Part shown: in pieces, positions 8,446 to 16,498 of the stretch | Numbering within the stretch: position 1 is the first letter of the stretch | How the letters are laid out: each line of letters begins with the position of its first letter | Assembly: GCA_021162815.1 (NCBI GenBank) | Contig: JAGGXW010000006.1 | Location: 9,504-33,503, forward strand | DNA: 24,000 nt | Direction: 5' to 3' | Origin: Thermoplasmata archaeon | Lineage (GTDB): Archaea > Thermoplasmatota > E2 > UBA202 > JdFR-43 | The notes under the pieces: model-generated | What the model saw: the letters and a program-made list of their open reading frames with translations, nothing else | Told to the model about the DNA's origin: nothing | Databases searched by the model: none | Program-made: the position numbers and the translations under genes

Positions 8446-10635
8446 TTACTTCCATTTTTCAATGATTTTTCCATTCTTCAAAGAATATATAGATGCCAGA
8501 ACAAGAATTGAGCCAATGCAGGATACTGTAAGCATGAAAAGCGCCAATGTTATGAACTGGGTTATCATTTCGTATTCCATTAAAACAATGGGTATACCAC
8601 CTCCTATTAAAGCTATTGTTGCCTCTGCTAAGGATGGTGTTTTTCTTGTGAGTGCTATCTTAATTGCCTGCAATCCACTTTTATTCTCTATTTCTTCTCT
8701 AACTCTTTCTGTAATATGAACTGCAAAATCTATTCCAACTCCTATCGCTATGGAAACAACAGTTATTGTAGATATATTCAGAGGAACATTAAGGAGTACA
8801 AGCAGAGCAGGTTCCCATATTAAAAGCAGAATTATTGGAGTCATTGTGAGGGTCGCATATCTAAATGATCTGAATACAAGGAGAAGACACAGGTAAACGA
8901 GGAATAAAGATATGAAAGTAAAATTCATTTGCTGGCTCATGAGCATCTGATTTAATTCAACAGTGAGAGCAGCGATACCTGTTATATTATATATTTTCCC
9001 GTATCCATTTAACTCCCTATTATATTGAGCTATAACCTGATTAATTGAATTAACACTTCTTTTAGTTTCTTTAAGAGGCATTATTGGAGAGTCAACATAT
9101 AGTAGCGTCTTACTGTTATTATTTCCATCTATCATCATCCTTCGATATTTTTCAGGTATTTTTTCAAAAAGGGTAGCAGCCTCCTCCTTTGTTTGAGGTA
9201 GTCTTCCAAAATTCATTTTTTTGAGGATATCTGTGATGGAATATACTGTTGTATTTTCTACCCCAACATTTATTATCTTTTCAAGTTCATCTATTTTTTC
9301 AAGCAGAGTTGGTTCAAGTAAGCCGTCTTTCTTTCCGCTGTCCACATATATAACTCCTGATTGACCGGCATGAAATTTGGTTGAGTACTCGTGCATTAGA
9401 ACATTACTCTCCATTTTCTGGGGCATCATCTTCCACACAGATGATTCGATGGAAATCTTCGGAATAGTGGATACAGATGCTATGGAAACTATGACAATAA
9501 GCAATATTATATGCTTTCTGTACTTGGTGAGATTAGCCAGAGATTTCCATTCAAGCACATATTTTTTACTAGGCTTCATCACAAGAAGCATGGCGGGAAC
9601 AAGTATCATGGTCGCTATAAATGAGTAAAGAACTCCAATAAGGAACGCTATACCCATGCTGGATATAGGAGGCATGCTTGAGGAGAGTAAAGAGACGAAG
9701 CCGACGAGAGTTGTGATGGTGGACAGAAAAACCGCCTTTCCAGTATTATTTATCGTTTTCTTTATTGCCTCCATTGGAGGCATTTTCAATTCCATAAAAT
9801 AATTCACCATATGCAATGCATAGGCAACACCGAGAGAGGCAAGAAGTGGCAAGACAGCAACAACAGTCGGAGGAAATTTTGTATCCATCATGCCAAGAGT
9901 GCCGAAAGTTAAAACCACTGCATATATGACGGGAGAGATGGCAATAAACACAGTTTTTATATCCCTGTGGAAAGCGAAAAGTACGAGTACTATTAAAAGC
10001 AGTGATAACATCCCAACCCCATATATCCTATCCATTATCCAGTGAACTGTTTCTGTGTACATGGTTACTAGGCCAGTGGGAACAGCCTTAAACCCTTCTG
10101 CAGATTCCGATAGAGGATATATTTTTTCATTTAAAAGTTCATCTGCATTAACATCCTTTTTTGTTGTTACAATTATGACAGCGTTTTTATCATCATGACT
10201 GATGAGCTTGTATTTTATTTCATCCGGTATGAGTTTCATAAGAAAATCCGCATATTTTTGATTATCCGGTATCTTATCCTTTCCAAAGGGGAGGTTGGCG
10301 TTTGTATCCCTTACCAAAGAAGCTATGCTTGTGGTATAGATAACATTATCTGAGTCATCTCTGGTGGGATTTATGGCTTCCTCCATTGCATTCATTTCTT
10401 TGAGATGAGATACAGATGAAAGATTTTCTCCGCTTAAATAAATCATAAGTGTATCTACTGGCCACTGGTGCCTTATCTCATTCAATACAATTACGCTCGG
10501 CTGGTCTGATGGCATATATAATTCAACATCTGAGGTTATCTCAATATGTATGGCGTTTACTGCTATAACCAGAGTTATTAATGTAAAAACAATTATTGTA
10601 AGCTTGGGCTTCCTCATCAACAAATCGTAATGCAT
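8446..10635 (-). CDS. RND-superfamily exporter, HAE3/MMPL-type (12-TM, internally duplicated)
   Basis: 729 aa with two repeats, each of 1 TM + large extracytoplasmic domain + 5-TM bundle. Hydrophobic clusters lie roughly at aa 200-360 and 560-729. MMPL-like AIGVGIDFAVHI motif. The size matches the largely archaeal HAE3 family. Confidence 0.8.
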   Translation of the reverse strand: MHYDLLMRKPKLTIIVFTLITLVIAVNAIHIEITSDVELYMPSDQPSVIVLNEIRHQWPVDTLMIYLSGENLSSVSHLKEMNAMEEAINPTRDDSDNVIYTTSIASLVRDTNANLPFGKDKIPDNQKYADFLMKLIPDEIKYKLISHDDKNAVIIVTTKKDVNADELLNEKIYPLSESAEGFKAVPTGLVTMYTETVHWIMDRIYGVGMLSLLLIVLVLFAFHRDIKTVFIAISPVIYAVVLTFGTLGMMDTKFPPTVVAVLPLLASLGVAYALHMVNYFMELKMPPMEAIKKTINNTGKAVFLSTITTLVGFVSLLSSSMPPISSMGIAFLIGVLYSFIATMILVPAMLLVMKPSKKYVLEWKSLANLTKYRKHIILLIVIVSIASVSTIPKISIESSVWKMMPQKMESNVLMHEYSTKFHAGQSGVIYVDSGKKDGLLEPTLLEKIDELEKIINVGVENTTVYSITDILKKMNFGRLPQTKEEAATLFEKIPEKYRRMMIDGNNNSKTLLYVDSPIMPLKETKRSVNSINQVIAQYNRELNGYGKIYNITGIAALTVELNQMLMSQQMNFTFISLFLVYLCLLLVFRSFRYATLTMTPIILLLIWEPALLVLLNVPLNISTITVVSIAIGVGIDFAVHITERVREEIENKSGLQAIKIALTRKTPSLAEATIALIGGGIPIVLMEYEMITQFITLALFMLTVSCIGSILVLASIYSLKNGKIIEKWK

Positions 10636-10672
10636 GCCTCAGACCCCTTTTCCTTTTAATTTAATAATATAT

Positions 10673-11815
10673 TTAAACATGCCTATTCTTTTTCAGGAAT
10701 ATAAGAACTGCAAGTACTATCACAACAAATACGAATTCAAAGCCCGGCGTGCTGCCGCCCCCGCCGTTGCCTCCCTCAACATTTACCGTGATTGTGGCTG
10801 TTGTTGATGCTCCAAAGTTATCCATAACAGTGAGAGTAACTGTATATGTGCCTGCTTCAGTGTAAACATGGCTTGGATTTGGTTGAGTGGAGTTGCTTCC
10901 ATCTCCGAATTGCCAGAAATATGATACAACATTTCCATCCTTGTCATCCACATTGCTTTTGAAAAGAATATTGGTACCTGCTTTTGGCTGAGGTGGTTCA
11001 AAGGAGATAGTAACAGTTGGAGGAGTATTTGTGAAATTTGAATATTTGTAATCTTTGAGCTGAAAGTCAAGATCCTGACTGCCCCCTATGTCTTTTATGC
11101 TCTTTATCATTCCCACACTGCCATCCCAGAATACAAGAGTGTTGTTAAAGGGTATCATCTCCCCAAATGGATTATAATCTGATTTTATTATGTAGATATC
11201 CCCCTGCCTGCTGACGCACTCAAATGAGAATGTAACAGGAGATGTCTGCTTCATGTCACCAAAATAAACTGTCGCATTACTTCTGGCAGTCCATTTTTCT
11301 TTAACATCAACTGGGAAATTCATGAAGTCAAGAGGAGGATAATATTCTATGGTTACACTCATCTCCCCGCTTGGCATATTTGGTATTGGCAAGTTAGTGC
11401 TTGCATTCATGGTGATATCATTTTTAACAACTTTAATACCATCCACAGAGAAGTAAATATAACCATGTGCTGTCATATTGTATGTGCCACTGAAACTCTG
11501 CTTCTTTCCACCAATCTGTCCTTCAATCAGAATTGTACCTGATGATGATGCTGTGAGTTTTGTTTTGTATGACGGTATGTTTCCACCATTAACAACCACC
11601 ATTTCAACATTCACAACATCAAGCCTTATATTCATGTCGTCTGTATCAATTTTAACATTTGCACTCATGTTTCCATATGTTATGTCCTCATTGACAGAAT
11701 AGCTTCCGCTATAATTCCAGTAATCCCCAATACCCCAGTTTGGCTGCTGAAGAGATGCATTGGCAACCGGCATAATAAAGGCAAAGACAACCAGCAAGGC
11801 TATTTTGATTTTCAT
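10673..11815 (-). CDS. Secreted surface protein: unknown N-terminal domain + PKD domain + PGF-CTERM archaeosortase sorting signal
   Basis: Signal peptide MKIKIALLVVFAFIMPVANA. PKD motif FWQFGDGSNS..HVYTEAGTYTVTLTVMDNFGA. C-terminus is a G-rich linker followed by PGFEFVFVVIVLAVLIFLKKNRHV (PGF + TM + basic tail). Many N-x-S/T sequons. Confidence 0.8.
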   Translation of the reverse strand: MKIKIALLVVFAFIMPVANASLQQPNWGIGDYWNYSGSYSVNEDITYGNMSANVKIDTDDMNIRLDVVNVEMVVVNGGNIPSYKTKLTASSSGTILIEGQIGGKKQSFSGTYNMTAHGYIYFSVDGIKVVKNDITMNASTNLPIPNMPSGEMSVTIEYYPPLDFMNFPVDVKEKWTARSNATVYFGDMKQTSPVTFSFECVSRQGDIYIIKSDYNPFGEMIPFNNTLVFWDGSVGMIKSIKDIGGSQDLDFQLKDYKYSNFTNTPPTVTISFEPPQPKAGTNILFKSNVDDKDGNVVSYFWQFGDGSNSTQPNPSHVYTEAGTYTVTLTVMDNFGASTTATITVNVEGGNGGGGSTPGFEFVFVVIVLAVLIFLKKNRHV

Positions 11816-11856
11816 TAGCCATTATTAACCTGCTAATATAAAATTTTTTGGCTCAT

Positions 11857-13098
11857 TCATGAAATTTTATGCCTTTCATTTATCTCCCCTGCAACATTTG
11901 TTTCCATTATTTTTCTTATGTTTTCCATCTCGCTTTCATGTCCAAGCACCCACATCAGCTTTACCATTGCAACCTCGGGAAGCATATCCTTACCATTTAT
12001 CACCCCTGCCTTGATTAACTTTCTTCCTGTAGAATATACATTCATGTTCACGCTTCCATTAAGGCATTGGGTGGTCATAACAACCGGTATGCCATCTTTA
12101 ATGAGTTTCCTCACACTCCCAACTAAATTTTCTCTTATATGCCCGAGTCCAGTTCCTGCTATAATTACGCCATCCTTATCCTCTGTAAGCCTCTCGAAAT
12201 CTTCCTTTGATAATGCTGGTGTGTAATAAACCAAAGCAACATTTTCATTGATTGATGTGTCTGCAACTGTTTTTTTATCGCCAATTTTCCTATAATTTCC
12301 ATAGAATATCACCTTCTCTCCAACCTCCCCTATGGGCTCATCATTTATTGAAACAAAAGCATCTCTCCTGGATGAATGCATTTTCCTGACTTTAGTTGCC
12401 CTGTGTATATAGCATCTATCCGATGAAATGCTGGAATGCATGACAACAGAAACCTCCCCAAGGTCTGTGAGAGCAACTCTTGCAGCAGAGATGAGATTAA
12501 AGAAGGCATCACTGCTTGGCCTATCGGATGAACGCTGGCTACCAACCATCACTACAGGACCATTTAAATTTTTAAGCATGAACGCCAGAGCAGAGGCAGT
12601 ATATGCCATTGTATCAGTTCCATGAGAAATGATGACTCCTTTCTTCCCTCCATTCAATTCTTTTGCCACCTCTCTTGCCAGTTTTTTCCAGTTTGATGGT
12701 GTTATGTTCTCGCTCAATTTCTGAAATACTATTCTTGCATCAACATCACATACATCAAAAAGTTCAGGAATTGAAAACGCCAGTTCCTCTGCCGTGGCGG
12801 CAGGATGCACCGCCCCTGTTCTGTAATCAACATAGCTGGCTATTGTTCCACCCGTGCCAAGTAAAGCTATTTTTTCTCCAGCTCTTTTTCTTATCTCTCT
12901 TTCACTTTTTCTACTTCCCTTCTCTCCCTTTCTTATTAATTTTATTCTCGCATTTTTTATGGATATGCCAACATTATAGCCATTATCAAGTTTTATTACA
13001 AGGATATCTCTCCCACTAAAAGCATGATGGGGCATGACCATGCCATGCCATTTTTTACCATCCTTTTCTATCTCCACATAATCGCCAGGTTCAATCAT
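11857..13098 (-). CDS. gatD: Glutamyl-tRNA(Gln) amidotransferase subunit D
   Basis: Archaea-specific N-terminal domain (MIEPGDYVEIEKDGKKWHG..) followed by an asparaginase-type domain with LGTGGTIAS and SHGTDTMAYTA motifs. 413 aa. Confidence 0.88.
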   Translation of the reverse strand: MIEPGDYVEIEKDGKKWHGMVMPHHAFSGRDILVIKLDNGYNVGISIKNARIKLIRKGEKGSRKSEREIRKRAGEKIALLGTGGTIASYVDYRTGAVHPAATAEELAFSIPELFDVCDVDARIVFQKLSENITPSNWKKLAREVAKELNGGKKGVIISHGTDTMAYTASALAFMLKNLNGPVVMVGSQRSSDRPSSDAFFNLISAARVALTDLGEVSVVMHSSISSDRCYIHRATKVRKMHSSRRDAFVSINDEPIGEVGEKVIFYGNYRKIGDKKTVADTSINENVALVYYTPALSKEDFERLTEDKDGVIIAGTGLGHIRENLVGSVRKLIKDGIPVVMTTQCLNGSVNMNVYSTGRKLIKAGVINGKDMLPEVAMVKLMWVLGHESEMENIRKIMETNVAGEINERHKIS

Positions 13099-13138
13099 TA
13101 AAAGTTATATACAAGTAAATATATAAGCAATGCCTAAA

Positions 13139-13237
13139 AGCCCCGTGGTGTAGTGGCCAAGCATGCGGGACTTTGGAGGCTTGTAAAGAAAGAGCTGGAG
13201 TAATCCCGCGACGGCAGTTCGAATCTGCCCGGGGCTA
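13139..13237 (+). tRNA. tRNA-Gln (anticodon TTG) with a ~26-nt intron at 37/38 (about 13177-13202)
   Basis: Acceptor AGCCCCG/CGGGGCT (A1:U72, as in archaeal tRNA-Gln), discriminator A. Anticodon stem CGGGA/TCCCG, loop C-T-TTG-G (TTG at 13173-13175). Variable CGAC, T arm GGCAG-TTCGAAT-CTGCC. 73 nt after intron removal. Confidence 0.85.
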
Positions 13238-13240
13238 TGT

Positions 13241-13371
13241 GCTCCCGTGGTGTAGCCCGGCCAATCATTTCGGCCTTTCGGGAACCCCTTCTTTGGGGAT
13301 GAAACACCTTTCTTCCCAAGAAAGGGGTTCGGAGAGAGCCGAAGACTCGGGTTCGAATCCCGACGGGAGCA
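13241..13371 (+). tRNA. tRNA-Glu (anticodon TTC) with a ~56-nt intron at 37/38 (about 13281-13336)
   Basis: Acceptor GCTCCCG/CGGGAGC, discriminator A. Anticodon stem TCGGC (13270-13274)/GCCGA (13338-13342), loop C-T-TTC-G (TTC at 13277-13279). Variable AGAC, T arm TCGGG-TTCGAAT-CCCGA. 75 nt after intron removal. Only 3 nt separate it from tRNA-Gln. T tracts follow at 13372-13382. Confidence 0.85.
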
Positions 13372-13387
13372 CTTTTCCTTTTAAAAA

Positions 13388-13978
13388 TCAGAGGTATTTG
13401 CTCACAGATTCCTCTCCCATTTCAAATGCTTTTATGTTCATTTCCACATATTTTTCTTTTAGCATTTCCTTAATTGCCTTCAGTATATTCTCCTTCTCTA
13501 TCCCAAGAACTCCTGCAGCATTGGCAGCTCCAATCATAACAACATTTTTTGTGAGTATATTACCCGCCTTTCTGGCAATAGAATCAGCATCTATTGCCAT
13601 AACCCTGCACTTCTTCTCCATTCTTGATATGATATCCTCAACAGGAGGATATTCTCCAATGCCTATTGAAACGAGAGGAGGAATTATTGGATTTATGTCT
13701 GTTATTATTACACCATCTTCACTTACCACATTGAGATTTCTCAATGCTTCCATTGGTTCAAATGATATTATTGCATCCGCAGTTCCTGGAGGAATTATGG
13801 AAGAATACACATCTCCAATTCTCACTGCACATTTAACATCCCCACCCCTCTGAGCCATTCCATGAAGTTCTGATGTTATAACATTTTCACCTTGCTTGAG
13901 GGCAGCATTGGCAACTATGTTCGCAGCAGTTATAACTCCCTGTCCTCCAACCCCTGCAAATAATATGCTTTTCTTCAT
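13388..13978 (-). CDS. iorB: Indolepyruvate:ferredoxin oxidoreductase subunit beta
   Basis: 196 aa, with N-terminal LFAGVGGQGVITAANI, the pyruvate/2-oxoacid:ferredoxin oxidoreductase gamma-type domain. 4-nt overlap with iorA. Confidence 0.85.
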   Translation of the reverse strand: MKKSILFAGVGGQGVITAANIVANAALKQGENVITSELHGMAQRGGDVKCAVRIGDVYSSIIPPGTADAIISFEPMEALRNLNVVSEDGVIITDINPIIPPLVSIGIGEYPPVEDIISRMEKKCRVMAIDADSIARKAGNILTKNVVMIGAANAAGVLGIEKENILKAIKEMLKEKYVEMNIKAFEMGEESVSKYL

Positions 13979-15807
13979 TTTTTCCTCCTTATTGCCTTTT
14001 CAGGACATACCTGCACACAATATCCACAGCCTGTGCAGAGAGATTCATTTATCTTTATCTTATCTCCCTCCCTGTAAAATGCAGGACATGCAAATTCATT
14101 TATGCATACATCACACCCAGTGCATTTATCCTGATCAACTTCAAAAACTATTTTTCTCTTTCTCCTCCTCAAATCCAGCAGTATGCATGGTGCCTTAAGT
14201 ATAACAACAGCAAGTCCATCAAATTCTATAGCTCTACGGAAAGCTTCGATGGTCTTCTTCATATTGTATGGATTGACAACTTCAACATGCTTTACTCCTA
14301 TACCCCTCACAACTCTCTCTATGTCTATTTTCACAGCTTCATTCCCCATACCATCTATGCTATTTCCGGGATGGGGCTGATGGCCTGTCATTGCTGTCGT
14401 GCTGTTGTCAAGTATTGCAATAACGAAATTATGATTATGATGGACAGCATTTACAAGAGCTGGCAAACCTGCATGGAAGAAGGTGGAATCCCCTATGAAG
14501 GATATGATTTTTTTCTTTTCATTTGTAAGTGCAAAACCTCCTCCGCTTCCAACACTTGAACCCATGCATAAAAGAAAATCAGCTGTTTTGTATGGAGGAA
14601 GTAAACCAAGGGTGTAACATCCGATATCAGTAGGATAGATCGCATCATCTCCAGCAACCTTCTTGACTGCATAGTATGTAGCCCTATGAGGACAGCCAGG
14701 ACAGAGTACAGGTGGGCGTGGAGTGGCTTCAACTGCATCTTCCTTCAATTCATATTCAATCTCAAAGAACTGAGCAAGTGTGGGATAAACAACCTGAGGA
14801 GAGTATTCATAAAGGGGGGTAAACCTTCCAAAACCCTTCCCATATATTGGTGTGGTAATTCCATTCTTCTGAGCCATCACTCTTATCTCTTCCTCCATAA
14901 ATGGTTCAAGTTCCTCAACAACAATCACCTTTTCAACATTATTTAGAAAATCCATTATCAATTTCTCTGGAACGGGATAACTGAAACCCAGTTTGAGTAT
15001 TTTTGCCTTTATTCCAAGATCATCAATTGCTTCCCTAACATAATTGTACGATGCACCTGATGTTATTATTCCATAACTCCCTCCAAAATCCTCTATGAAA
15101 TTGAATTTGCTTTTCTCCGCCATCTCCATAGCTCTTTCCATTTTTTCAAGCAAAACAGGATGCAGCTTTCTCGCAACTTCAGGAACAGTAACATAGTCTC
15201 CAGGCTTAAAATCCCCCTTTCTTTTCTCCATTGGATATTCATTGAGTTCAACAACTCCCCTCATGTGAGAAACTCTTGTGGTGGTACGCAACAAAACAGG
15301 TAGTTTTAATTCCTCAGATATATTGAATGCCTCAATTGTCATCTCCTTTGCCTCTGCAGGATTGGATGGTTCAAGCAACGGAAGGTTAGCAAATTTGGCA
15401 AATCTTCTGTTATCCTGCTCGTTCTGGCTTGAATGGGCACTGGGGTCATCTGCTGTAACAATCACATGCCCCCCATTGCAACCAACATATGCATAGGTCA
15501 TGATGGCATCACTTGCCACATTAACCCCAACATGCTTCATGCATGTTAGAGTCCTCAGCCCCGATATTGCGGCTGCGGCTGCCATCTCTATGGCAACCTT
15601 CTCATTTGTTGAATACTCAAAATAGAATGGGGGCTCAATACCATTATTTTTCATGTATCTTGCCATGGCAGAGATGGAGTCTGCTATCTCAGATGATGGA
15701 GTTCCCGGATAAGTTGTTCCAAAATCCATTCCAGCCTCCAGCGCCCCTCTCGCTATGGCTTCATTGCCCAGCAATACGGCTTTCCTATTTTTTTCCAGCA
15801 ATATCAT
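13975..15807 (-). CDS. iorA: Indolepyruvate:ferredoxin oxidoreductase subunit alpha
   Basis: 610 aa. TPP-binding region GDSTFFHAG. Two C-terminal ferredoxin-type clusters, CTGCDVCINEFACP and CTGCGYCVQVCPEKA. The architecture is typical of IorA. Confidence 0.9.
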   Translation of the reverse strand: MILLEKNRKAVLLGNEAIARGALEAGMDFGTTYPGTPSSEIADSISAMARYMKNNGIEPPFYFEYSTNEKVAIEMAAAAAISGLRTLTCMKHVGVNVASDAIMTYAYVGCNGGHVIVTADDPSAHSSQNEQDNRRFAKFANLPLLEPSNPAEAKEMTIEAFNISEELKLPVLLRTTTRVSHMRGVVELNEYPMEKRKGDFKPGDYVTVPEVARKLHPVLLEKMERAMEMAEKSKFNFIEDFGGSYGIITSGASYNYVREAIDDLGIKAKILKLGFSYPVPEKLIMDFLNNVEKVIVVEELEPFMEEEIRVMAQKNGITTPIYGKGFGRFTPLYEYSPQVVYPTLAQFFEIEYELKEDAVEATPRPPVLCPGCPHRATYYAVKKVAGDDAIYPTDIGCYTLGLLPPYKTADFLLCMGSSVGSGGGFALTNEKKKIISFIGDSTFFHAGLPALVNAVHHNHNFVIAILDNSTTAMTGHQPHPGNSIDGMGNEAVKIDIERVVRGIGVKHVEVVNPYNMKKTIEAFRRAIEFDGLAVVILKAPCILLDLRRRKRKIVFEVDQDKCTGCDVCINEFACPAFYREGDKIKINESLCTGCGYCVQVCPEKAIRRKK

Positions 15808-16412
15808 TCTGCAATCACCTTTGCATCAACAACTTTTATACCATTCTCATAAACAAATACTGGATTTAAATCCATCTGTAATATCTTTTCTTTTAAAGCC
15901 ATATCAGATATTTTCATTAAAAGGTCGATGAAAGCTTCTTTATCGAGTTTTATTCTGAATTTTTCAAAGATTTTACCCCCTTTAAGCTCGAATATCATCT
16001 CCTCTGCATCTTCTCTTGTTATTGGAATTTTTCTGAAGGATATGTCCTCATATACTTCTGTGAATATACCCCCCATTCCCGCCATCACAACATGGCCAAA
16101 GAAATCGTCTTTTATGACTCCTGCAATCATCTCTACTCCATGCTCCTCCATTTTTTCCACAAGAATTCTTTCATTGGGAAACTTTTTCTTCATCCTATTT
16201 AAGGCGTTGTTCAGTTCTTTTTCGTTTCCTATGTGGAGTATAACTCCCCCCACATCTGTCTTATGGGTTATGTGTGGAGAACACACCTTAACAGCTACAG
16301 GATATTCAATATTCTTTATGGACTCCACATTATCAACAACTACAAACTCCGGAACGGGTATTCCGTATTTTTTTAGCAATTCTTTGGATTGAGCCTCATC
16401 AAGTTCTCTCAT
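15804..16412 (-). CDS. ADP-forming acyl-CoA synthetase beta-like subunit (stand-alone ATP-grasp domain)
   Basis: 202 aa. LDEAQSKELLKKYGIPVP, then VAVKVCSPHITHKTDVGGV (the HK[ST]DVGGV motif of ACD beta subunits / ATP-grasp_5). 4-nt overlap with iorA. Confidence 0.7.
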   Translation of the reverse strand: MRELDEAQSKELLKKYGIPVPEFVVVDNVESIKNIEYPVAVKVCSPHITHKTDVGGVILHIGNEKELNNALNRMKKKFPNERILVEKMEEHGVEMIAGVIKDDFFGHVVMAGMGGIFTEVYEDISFRKIPITREDAEEMIFELKGGKIFEKFRIKLDKEAFIDLLMKISDMALKEKILQMDLNPVFVYENGIKVVDAKVIAE

Positions 16413-16498
16413 TTTAATGATGTATGCAACCCTGCTTTTTTAACTTTGCTAACAAAAAAAGTGCAAAAAATGAAATATTAAAAAGCATTAAACAAGAG

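Noticed and set aside
8305-8719. ORFs 8305-8511 and 8372-8719 (+) overlapping the tRNA-Asp locus and the 3' end of the RND gene
   Set aside because: The region folds as an intron-containing tRNA-Asp. The remainder is antisense to a strongly supported membrane-protein gene. The predicted peptides have no recognisable features.
8364-13336. C/D-box sRNAs embedded in the tRNA introns (as known for some archaeal tRNA-Trp introns)
   Set aside because: None of the three introns contains an RUGAUGA/CUGA pair. The closest match is GGATGAAA in the tRNA-Glu intron, with no D box.
13134-13853. ORFs 13134-13319 (-) and 13173-13853 (+, 226 aa) spanning the tRNA-Gln/tRNA-Glu pair and running antisense into iorB
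   Set aside because: Their GC-rich 5' parts are the tRNA genes themselves. The rest is the antisense of iorB, which has a clear GVGGQGV domain signature.
16424-16498. N-terminal extensions from the ORF track: 25 codons on thpR (from 16424), a TTG start for bpsA (4902), and a TTG start at 22385 for the beta-helix gene
   Set aside because: The extensions run through A/T-rich promoter-like sequence, use rare starts, and add non-conserved-looking residues. Internal ATGs with an SD or with leaderless-distance TATA elements fit the known family N-termini better.
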